A stretch of DNA of 64,000 nt from Candidatus Omnitrophota bacterium (lineage in GTDB: Bacteria > Omnitrophota > Gorgyraeia > Gygaellales > Profunditerraquicolaceae), in contig JAKPTF010000035.1 in NCBI GenBank assembly GCA_029571225.1, positions 145,925-209,924 on the forward strand. Reading direction: 5' to 3'. The notes under the pieces were generated by a model that was not told the origin of the DNA, searched no databases, and was given only the letters and a program-made list of their open reading frames with translations. Shown piece after piece: positions 28,841 to 35,729 of this stretch (its first letter is position 1; every line of letters begins with the position of its first letter). The position numbers and the translations under genes were made by a program.

Positions 28841-29137
28841 TTATCGATATTTGCGCATGTATTCGCGCATATATTCACGACGCTGATCTTTATGCTCGTT
28901 TTCGTAGGCCTTAATGTATTCTTTATTCGCCGCTTTCCAGAGCTGATTATACCTTCGCCTTTTATCCTGCCACGCAGGCTCCTGGCCAAGGCATTTGAAA
29001 TAATCAGGGTTCTTCAATCGCCACTGTTTCTGATTCAAAAGCTGGCGCTGTCGTTGGCACGCCGGGCTTGAGCATACCTGCTGGCTTGGCCTGTATTTAC
29101 TTGGCGAAAATTCGTTATTGCAGATTGAGCATTTCAT
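28841..29137 (-). CDS. Small basic Cys-rich (zinc-ribbon-like) protein, 98 aa
   Basis: Track ORF MKCSICNNEFSPSKYRPSQQVCSSPACQRQRQ... with CxxC...CxxxxC followed by a Lys/Arg/Tyr-rich tail. It ends 6 nt before the upstream box of the giant-gene promoter. Confidence 0.55.
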   Translation of the reverse strand: MKCSICNNEFSPSKYRPSQQVCSSPACQRQRQLLNQKQWRLKNPDYFKCLGQEPAWQDKRRRYNQLWKAANKEYIKAYENEHKDQRREYMREYMRKYR

Positions 29138-29196
29138 AGAACAAATCTAACATACGGCTGAGGCAAAGTCAAGACGCTGAGTATATATTTTCTTTA

Positions 29197-29259
29197 CCGT
29201 ATCATACTGTATCAAACAGTATCAAAAATCCTTGACATTTGTTGATTTTTATATATACT
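29197..29259 (+). promoter_or_regulatory. Promoter of the outer-membrane-factor gene with three 10-bp-phased direct repeats
   Basis: CCGTATCATA-CTGTATCAAA-CAGTATCAAA at 29197-29226, containing the palindrome TACTGT-N5-ACAGTA (29205-29221). Then -35 TTGACA 29232-29237, a 16-nt spacer, and -10 TATACT 29254-29259. Confidence 0.55.
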
Positions 29260-29300
29260 TATAAATGGTTCAATATCGCTACTCTATTCCATAGGAGATT

Positions 29301-31160
29301 ATGCGCAAAAATCTCTGGTTTTATATTTTTCTGTCGCTAATCCTGACCTTTGTTGTCTCTCCTGCTTCAAAAGCTCAATTCCCTGTTCACACTGACTACG
29401 CGCTTTTCATCCAGGAGCGGATCTATGAGAACCTCATCTATCCGCCTGACGCTTTTGTTCAAGGGCGCGAAGGCATTGTCACGCTGAACTTCACCATAGG
29501 CCAGGACGGATATTTAAAGAATATATTCGTCGCCGAGTCATCCGGGTTCCCATCTCTCGACGAGGGAGCTATTGCTGCTGTCAAAAGCGCAAGCCCCTAT
29601 CCTTTGCCGGAAGATTACGACGGCGAGGATGTCGAACTTGTCGTGCCTCTTGAATTCAAGATGGAAATGGCAGAGGAACCAGGACCGTTTGTCCCGCCTG
29701 AAGGATGGATGCCTGAAGAAGAACCCTCTGAACAACCGGTTCCTGAAAAGGCCCAACCTGTTGAAGAACAACCTGTTGAGCAAGCACCGAAATTCCTTAA
29801 AAAAATCAAAGAAGGCCCGTCCGCATCAGAGCAGGCAATGAAGGATTTCAAGGTCGTTTGGCCTGAGGAACTGTCGAAATTTATCGACCTTGCCATAAAG
29901 AACAATAAGCCGAGCCAGGTCGCCAAGAAAGAAGTCGATCTTGCAGAATTCAAGGTCAAAGAGGCAATGCGCAACCTTCTCCCGTCGGTGAAATTAAGCG
30001 GCGTGGCAACGGACGGCGAAACATACCACGTGCCGTATGAAGAGCACGAGTTTAAGGTTGAATTGAACCAGCCGATTTATTACGGCGGCAGGCTCATCGA
30101 TTCGATCGAACATGCCAGGGTTAATGCGCTTATTGCCAGAATGAATTTCGACCGCATGAAGTTCGATATCATACACAAAACCGAATCATCCTACTATAAC
30201 CTCATCGCCTCGCGCACGCACTGGAGATATAAAGAAGCTCTGCGCAATGAGGCACAGGAACTGCTGGACCGTATCACAAAGCTCTCTGATATAGGCATGA
30301 TAATCCCGCTTGAGCTCAAGAGCGCCCGGTCTTCATTTGAACAGATCGAATTCCAGCTTGCAAGCTTAAAGCAGGATATATACCTGGCGGAATTAACTTT
30401 TAAACAGGTTTTAAACAGCCAGGATGTCCCTTCCATAAGCCTTGAAGAACCCGAAATTGTCAAGCCAGATCTTGATCTGGATGAGCTGTTTCAAGTAGCT
30501 CTCAAACACAGAGCCGAGATACAAATCGGCGAATTAATGGTAAAATTCAGCAAATATGCTAAAAAGATCGAATTAGACAAGGATAATTTCAACGTTGATC
30601 TGGTTGGTTCATTAGGAACATATTCCGGTCATTATAAGACAGAGCCATGGAAGAACTCGACAAACTGGGCAGCAGGCGTCAAAGTCACCAAAATGCTCGG
30701 CGCAAGCACTTTAAAAAGCTCGTTTATAACTGAACGCAGCAGGCCGCGTTTTGGACAAACATCTCCGACAGCCTCAACATCGTTAAGCGGAGAACTTGGG
30801 CTGTTTGACAACATGGCTGCTATTTCAGCTCTGAAGAAGACCGATGTTGACCTTCAGAAGGCCATCAGCGACCTGAACGAGACGCGCAAAACCGTAACTT
30901 TCGAGGTCCAGGATGCTTTTCTGACGTATCAAAAGGCAATTTTACAACTTAACACAGCGTCAGCTGATATGGCTTTCCGAAGGAACCAGGCAGAGATCAC
31001 CAAAATCCGTGCTTCAGTTAATGACGCACCCCTCTCTTCTGCCATGGACTCGCTTTACAGCCTTGCGGATGCGCAGACAAAGTATTTCCAGGCCCTGGGA
31101 AATTATTTTGTCGCGCTCACCAACCTTAAAAAAGCCACAGGATACGGAATAAACATCTGA
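29301..31160 (+). CDS. TonB C-terminal-like domain fused to a TolC-family outer membrane efflux protein (619 aa)
   Basis: AGGAG SD and a signal peptide (MRKNLWFYIFLSLILTFVVSPASKA). YPPDAFVQGREGIVTLNFTIGQDGYLKNIFVAESSGFPSLDEGAIAAVKSASPYPLP is TonB_C-like. A Pro/Glu-rich linker follows, then coiled TolC/OEP-type repeats. Confidence 0.7.
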   Translation: MRKNLWFYIFLSLILTFVVSPASKAQFPVHTDYALFIQERIYENLIYPPDAFVQGREGIVTLNFTIGQDGYLKNIFVAESSGFPSLDEGAIAAVKSASPYPLPEDYDGEDVELVVPLEFKMEMAEEPGPFVPPEGWMPEEEPSEQPVPEKAQPVEEQPVEQAPKFLKKIKEGPSASEQAMKDFKVVWPEELSKFIDLAIKNNKPSQVAKKEVDLAEFKVKEAMRNLLPSVKLSGVATDGETYHVPYEEHEFKVELNQPIYYGGRLIDSIEHARVNALIARMNFDRMKFDIIHKTESSYYNLIASRTHWRYKEALRNEAQELLDRITKLSDIGMIIPLELKSARSSFEQIEFQLASLKQDIYLAELTFKQVLNSQDVPSISLEEPEIVKPDLDLDELFQVALKHRAEIQIGELMVKFSKYAKKIELDKDNFNVDLVGSLGTYSGHYKTEPWKNSTNWAAGVKVTKMLGASTLKSSFITERSRPRFGQTSPTASTSLSGELGLFDNMAAISALKKTDVDLQKAISDLNETRKTVTFEVQDAFLTYQKAILQLNTASADMAFRRNQAEITKIRASVNDAPLSSAMDSLYSLADAQTKYFQALGNYFVALTNLKKATGYGINI

Positions 31161-31167
31161 TTTTTCC

Positions 31168-31226
31168 GTTAACAGAAGCAAAAGTTTGCTTCCTGCCTTG
31201 AAATTTTCAAATTCATCACGTATACT
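31168..31226 (+). promoter_or_regulatory. Upstream box plus promoter (module copy 2)
   Basis: GTTAACAGAAGCAAAAGTT 31168-31186; -35 TTGAAA 31198-31203; 17-nt spacer; -10 TATACT 31221-31226. Confidence 0.65.
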
Positions 31227-31249
31227 TCTGGTGAAATATAATGATTTCT

Positions 31250-31378
31250 CCTTAATCGAAAAGCCAATCTCGTCGTAAGGCGGGTGCGGAAAGCCACGGG
31301 GTCAGGGGAAGGCATTGTTTTTTTATCCGACTAGCCGGGTTACCGAGGTAAGGACAAGGTAGCTCGGCATTTTAATTT
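31250..31378 (+). promoter_or_regulatory. c-di-GMP-I-like riboswitch plus terminator (copy 2)
   Basis: CCUUAAUCGAAAAGCCAAUCUCGUC-GUAA-GGCGGGUGCGGAAAGCCACGGGGUCAGG...CUAGCCGGGUUACCGAGGUAAGG. Terminator arms are GCCGGGUUACC 31334-31344 and GGUAGCUCGGC 31358-31368, followed by AUUUUAAUUU. Confidence 0.75.
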
Positions 31379-31390
31379 GATGGGGTCGGC

Positions 31391-32872
31391 ATGAAAATAG
31401 TTTTGCTTAAAACAAAAAAAATAACAGCCGCCGTTTTCTTCGCGGCGTTAACAGCATTGTTCGCGTCCGACTGCTTCGCTGCCCAAGAACCTGGATTATT
31501 TTCCATTCCCGTCTCCAAAAACGCTAACCAAGGGCCGGAATCATTTCAACCAATAACAAAGGCCGCCCAACCGTCAGCCGACTTTGGGAACGCGTTATTT
31601 AAGGATGAAAGCCCCGCTTTAATGTCATCGACACCGGTACCCGCATACGGTACCAGAGCGGCGCCGAAATCTTCTTCAGGGCCCGTGTCATTTCAGCAGC
31701 CAACGGGAACTTGGGCCACTGCGCCAAGGCTTGCGCCGGCCACTCAGAACGCAAAACAGAATAATGCGAGATTACCGAATCTGAAAACACCCGATGCGGA
31801 AAAAACCACGACCGAATATAAGCTAAAAGCCGCTCTTTCTCCGACGGAAAATAACGCCTCTGATATATGGCGCACAGAACAGAAAGTTTTCATCCAAGAC
31901 AATGATGCGCTGCAGCGGGCAGAAGAAGACCGGTCCGCGCCGCGTCGCACCAGGCAAAACAATACGCAGAAACCATTTGCGGCCTTGAAAAATCCCGAAA
32001 ACAGGCGGTGTAATCACGCAAAACAAGATGGCATGAAATATGTTCGTATCCGCGATATGGCCTTCGATGCATCCGCCAAGCAGGAAAGTAATGGCGTTGT
32101 CCACAGCCAAACGCGTTTATCGAAAGACCCTGCGTCCTTTGGAAAAAAGAATCTGGTAAAAAACGTGTGCAAGAATCAGCAAAATACCGCGGAAAACCTT
32201 TATCGAGCCGTTTCCGGCATCATGCCATTTCAAAAAAATTCCTTGATCGCTCAGGCCAAGGTATTAACTGCGCAGGATAATATCAACCCGCTGCTTCCTC
32301 CTCTGCCGCAGCCCATCGAACAGCAACCGGTCGATGTTCCTGAAAAATCAGAGACCTATAAGCAATCATCTATGGCCTCACGAAGCTCCGATGGCATTGT
32401 GCTGTATCCGGTCTATAAAAACCATATCAATCCTTCCGTTAATAATACAGGATTTTTGGAACAATTGTTACAGGAACCCATCAATTACTCAAAAACAGGC
32501 CTTTCTCCCCCGGGCAATGCCATTATATTGAATCCTCGCCATTTACTCACGAATATTCCTCGTTTCTTGTGCTCATCAGAAAGCAGTGATAAATCTCTTG
32601 AATATTCTTACAGTTTAAATTCAACCGTATCAGACAATCATAACCGTATCATAGACCCCCCCAAGAGGCTTCGGGAAGGCCTTTCCATTTGTGAAAATGT
32701 CCTTTCCGAGGCCTCTTTAAATTTCATTTATCGTGCAGCAGCATCAAGCACGATAAGGGCTGCATCTCACCCCCCCGAGGTGCAGCCCTCTTTTATTTTT
32801 TCACAGTTAAATGCAATTTTGGTTAACAGAAGCAATATTTTGTTATTCTGGCTTGAATTCCAGAAACTATAA
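31391..32872 (+). CDS. Secreted low-complexity protein, 493 aa (paralogue of 33052..34527); 3' end uncertain
   Basis: Signal peptide MKIVLLKTKKITAAVFFAALTALFASDCFA. Shares the C-terminal motif GF(L/I)..(I/V)NY..TGLSPP with the next gene. An intrinsic terminator lies inside the last 40 codons. Confidence 0.55.
   Translation: MKIVLLKTKKITAAVFFAALTALFASDCFAAQEPGLFSIPVSKNANQGPESFQPITKAAQPSADFGNALFKDESPALMSSTPVPAYGTRAAPKSSSGPVSFQQPTGTWATAPRLAPATQNAKQNNARLPNLKTPDAEKTTTEYKLKAALSPTENNASDIWRTEQKVFIQDNDALQRAEEDRSAPRRTRQNNTQKPFAALKNPENRRCNHAKQDGMKYVRIRDMAFDASAKQESNGVVHSQTRLSKDPASFGKKNLVKNVCKNQQNTAENLYRAVSGIMPFQKNSLIAQAKVLTAQDNINPLLPPLPQPIEQQPVDVPEKSETYKQSSMASRSSDGIVLYPVYKNHINPSVNNTGFLEQLLQEPINYSKTGLSPPGNAIILNPRHLLTNIPRFLCSSESSDKSLEYSYSLNSTVSDNHNRIIDPPKRLREGLSICENVLSEASLNFIYRAAASSTIRAASHPPEVQPSFIFSQLNAILVNRSNILLFWLEFQKL
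32756..32801 (+). terminator. Intrinsic terminator located inside the 3' end of ORF 31391..32872
   Basis: AGGGCTGCA 32756-32764 pairs with TGCAGCCCT 32781-32789, followed by CTTTTATTTTTT 32790-32801. Confidence 0.7.
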
Positions 32873-32880
32873 TGCATACT
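32822..32880 (+). promoter_or_regulatory. Upstream box plus promoter (module copy 3)
   Basis: GTTAACAGAAGCAATATTT 32822-32840; -35 TTGAAT 32853-32858; -10 CATACT 32875-32880. Confidence 0.55.
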
Positions 32881-32909
32881 TATAATGCAATACAATAGAT
32901 TTTGTTTGT

Positions 32910-33042
32910 CCTTATCGAAAAGCCTGCTCTCAGGAGCGGGAAAGCCACGGGGTCAGACAGAAAAAGGGTGCAGGATTTTGCTTTTTAAGGCCGACCGGGT
33001 TGCCGAAATAAGGAACTTTCGCAATCCGGATTTTTATTTTTT
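32910..33042 (+). promoter_or_regulatory. c-di-GMP-I-like riboswitch plus terminator (copy 3; non-GNRA P1 loop variant)
   Basis: CCUUAUCGAAAAGCCUGCUC-UCAG-GAGCGGGAAAGCCACGGGGUCAG...GACCGGGUUGCCGAAAUAAGG. Terminator arms are CCGGGUUGCCGAAA 32995-33008 and UUUCGCAAUCCGG 33017-33029, followed by AUUUUUAUUUUUU. Confidence 0.65.
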
Positions 33043-33051
33043 GAGGCTGGC

Positions 33052-34527
33052 GTGAAAAACCAAAGGGTCAAAAAAATCTCTGCTCTCTTCATTCTCGTAA
33101 GCGGCGCGCTTTTTATCGCATGCACGCATGACGTTTATGCTGCTAAGGACGACCTTAATACATCAACAGTGTCCGTGACGCCGAAAATTATCGGCTCATC
33201 GAACTCGATCATTCCGACCGTCAACACCCAAACAGGCATTACTTCTTCGCCGGGATTTGTATCCGTAGGATCTGCGGGCAGCTTAATGGCTGATCCCACA
33301 GCCGGCATCACGGCGAGCAAGCTGTCCGGTGCTCTTCATTCCTCGGTACAAGCATCTACCATTCCTCTGGTTTCATCCCCGGCAATAACGCCGGGCAAGG
33401 AATCCGGCGCTTTTGTGAACGTCGCGGTTGCCCCGGCAGTCTCGATATCAGCTATGCATACAGCGCCGCCTGCGGCATGGACTGCAACCCCGAAGACAAC
33501 CGTAAGCTTAAATCTTCACACGAACGCAAATCTGGCCGCTGCGCCAATTGACGCGAAAGCCTTATCAATAAATTGTATGTCTCCGGGCCTGCAGGCATCT
33601 ATTGCGCCGGTTGCTGCCGGCGCTGTCAACCAACCCCAGGTCAATATCGCGGCAACAGTCGCATCTCCTTTAAGAATCAACAGGAATGATCTTAATAAAG
33701 CTGTTCTTCCGCAAGCTGGAAGCCAGGAAATAAACATGTCTGCCAAAGAAAAGCTGGCCGCGAATAAATCCGGTGTTAAGCAGGACACACAGGCCAAAAA
33801 CACCCGGGGCGGTTTTAACGCCATGGCATCTCATGTAAAACAGACCTCAGCAGCAGCGCGTATGCTGGCAAAACAGACTCATTCGCTTACCCAAAAAACA
33901 GCGTCATCTGTGATCGATGGCTTTTATGCTGTAAAAAATCGCCTTTCCAAGGCAAAAACAACCGCATTGACGCAAATAAAATTCGCTGCCAATCTCAAGA
34001 GCAAGGCATATGAAAATGCAAGCGGCTGGATTAAAGGCATTATCCCCATTTTTAAAATGGCTATTCCCAATGAAGAACTGCCCTTATTGATGGACCTGTC
34101 TTTCATTGACAGGAATACCTTGCCTGCCGCCCATACGGCTGACAACAAGCAGGACCCTCTTTCTCCTCCGGTTCGCAAGACCGTCGCGGATATGGATGGC
34201 GGGGATCAGCTTCGTTTGAGCGCAACCGTATCACGGGCTGTTTTAGATCAGATCGACCCAATAAATTCTATCGGATTTATTGATACAATAAAGAAGAACG
34301 CGGTGAATTATGATAGGACCGGCCTTTCGCCTCCGGACACGGCATCCATCCATTCATCCGCTCTTCTTTCCGCATCGAATCGCTCCATTCGCATTTTTTC
34401 TGCGCGCCTTTTTCCCATTATTAATGCTCATCCTCTGTCCTTATTGGTCTCTGGGGGGATCAATTCAAAGGACAGAGGATTTTGTCTTTTTCAGAACTTT
34501 TCAACCAAAGGGGGATATTATGTTTAA
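33052..34527 (+). CDS. Secreted Ala/Ser/Thr-rich protein, 491 aa (GTG start); 3' end uncertain
   Basis: Signal peptide MKNQRVKKISALFILVSGALFIACTHDVYA. Carries the paralogous C-terminal motif SIGFIDTIKKNAVNYDRTGLSPP. A terminator lies inside the last ~30 codons. Confidence 0.55.
   Translation: MKNQRVKKISALFILVSGALFIACTHDVYAAKDDLNTSTVSVTPKIIGSSNSIIPTVNTQTGITSSPGFVSVGSAGSLMADPTAGITASKLSGALHSSVQASTIPLVSSPAITPGKESGAFVNVAVAPAVSISAMHTAPPAAWTATPKTTVSLNLHTNANLAAAPIDAKALSINCMSPGLQASIAPVAAGAVNQPQVNIAATVASPLRINRNDLNKAVLPQAGSQEINMSAKEKLAANKSGVKQDTQAKNTRGGFNAMASHVKQTSAAARMLAKQTHSLTQKTASSVIDGFYAVKNRLSKAKTTALTQIKFAANLKSKAYENASGWIKGIIPIFKMAIPNEELPLLMDLSFIDRNTLPAAHTADNKQDPLSPPVRKTVADMDGGDQLRLSATVSRAVLDQIDPINSIGFIDTIKKNAVNYDRTGLSPPDTASIHSSALLSASNRSIRIFSARLFPIINAHPLSLLVSGGINSKDRGFCLFQNFSTKGGYYV
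34430..34491 (+). terminator. Intrinsic terminator located inside the 3' end of ORF 33052..34527
   Basis: ATCCTCTGTCCT 34430-34441 pairs with AGGACAGAGGAT 34469-34480 (12 bp), followed by TTTGTCTTTTT 34481-34491. Confidence 0.7.
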
Positions 34528-34822
34528 CGGGGTCAGCGGGAGGTTGTGTATCAAGCGCATCGGTGTTTTTGGAGACGGGGCTGTTCTTGCCTGCGCCACG
34601 GAAGAAAGCACCCAAAAGAGGGGTCTATTTATCATCCTGGGGGACGGAAACAAATGCTACTTCAAAACCGGCTCAAGCCGCCAGTGGCAGCGCTTAAACA
34701 AGCATTCTGCGGAGATAGCGCTCCAGTCAATATGTCAGGCGGTTACACAGGGCCTTGAAGTATTTGACATAAACGGGAACTCAGACCATATTATTAACCG
34801 CAACATCTTAAAGGGAGGGAAC

Positions 34823-35713
34823 ATGTTTACGAAAACAGCACGTTTCGCAGCCGCAATGGTATTGGTCACAGCAATGACAATCGTGTCCATGCCGATCGGA
34901 ATAGCTCATGCTGAATCACTGCACTGGGGACAGCGCCAGCAGGAGAACATAATGCCCGCCAGCCCGGTGCACACCGGCGCAGTAGCCGGCAACGGCCAGG
35001 ATCTCGATGCGCTTATCGTAGCTGGCGGCAAGGCGCATACAGGGCTGGTTGTAAAAGCGCGTCATGATGATGCGGCGGTTGCCGAAGAAACAGGAAGCGA
35101 TCTGTCTGATGAAGCCCGTGTCAGAATATACGACGGCAACGGCAATTTTATCGGCTGGCAGGAAGTGGATATTGTCAGGGACGATGCAGGCAGAATCATC
35201 AAGCAGACGACCGTGACCTTTGACAAGGACGGCCACAGGATCAATTCCAGCATCAAGACATTTGAATATACGCTCGATGACAAAGGAAATGTCGCGTCCG
35301 TGAAGGTAACGCGCACAAAAGACGGGAAAGTCGTCTGGACTGCAGAACATACATTTACCCGCGATGAGAACGGGAAGGTCACTGAGCGGACGGCGACTTT
35401 CAAAGATGCCAACGGCAAGGTGATGTTTACTGCCGTTCAGACCTATACGCGCGATGACAATGGCCGCATCACTGAAAGCACTATTGAAAGAAAAGACGCC
35501 AAGGGCAAACTCCTTAGCAAAGACAGTATCAAATACACCTATGGTGAAGATGGCAAGATCAAAGAACGCACGCTGACACGGACCAACGCGCAGGGGAAAA
35601 CAATATTTGAATCGACCCGGACATTCAAGGACGGAGTCCTTCAAAAAGACCTAATCAAGCGTTTCAATGAAAAAGGAGATTTGGTCCGCAAAGAAATTGT
35701 CAATTATCACTAA
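34823..35713 (+). CDS. Secreted protein with YD/Rhs-like beta-hairpin repeats, 296 aa
   Basis: AGGGAGGG SD 3 nt before ATG 34823. Signal peptide MFTKTARFAAAMVLVTAMTIVSMPIGIAHA. Repeats such as FTRDENGKVTERT, YTRDDNGRITEST and YGEDGKIKERT. The track ORF (from 34310) is a 5' over-extension. An in-frame ATG at 34520 is a possible alternative start. Confidence 0.6.
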   Translation: MFTKTARFAAAMVLVTAMTIVSMPIGIAHAESLHWGQRQQENIMPASPVHTGAVAGNGQDLDALIVAGGKAHTGLVVKARHDDAAVAEETGSDLSDEARVRIYDGNGNFIGWQEVDIVRDDAGRIIKQTTVTFDKDGHRINSSIKTFEYTLDDKGNVASVKVTRTKDGKVVWTAEHTFTRDENGKVTERTATFKDANGKVMFTAVQTYTRDDNGRITESTIERKDAKGKLLSKDSIKYTYGEDGKIKERTLTRTNAQGKTIFESTRTFKDGVLQKDLIKRFNEKGDLVRKEIVNYH

Positions 35714-35729
35714 CAATAAGGAGGAAAAC

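Noticed and set aside
29205-29221. The palindrome TACTGTATCAAACAGTA read as a LexA SOS box.
   Set aside because: The CTGT...ACAG arms are separated by 5 nt, not the 8 nt of the gammaproteobacterial SOS box. The sequence is better described as part of three 10-bp-phased GTATCA direct repeats.
34310-34822. The 5' extension of the 467-aa track ORF.
   Set aside because: It overlaps the preceding ORF and its terminator. The ATG at 34823 has an AGGGAGGG SD and a signal peptide homologous to that of the next gene. The ATG at 34520 remains a possible alternative start.
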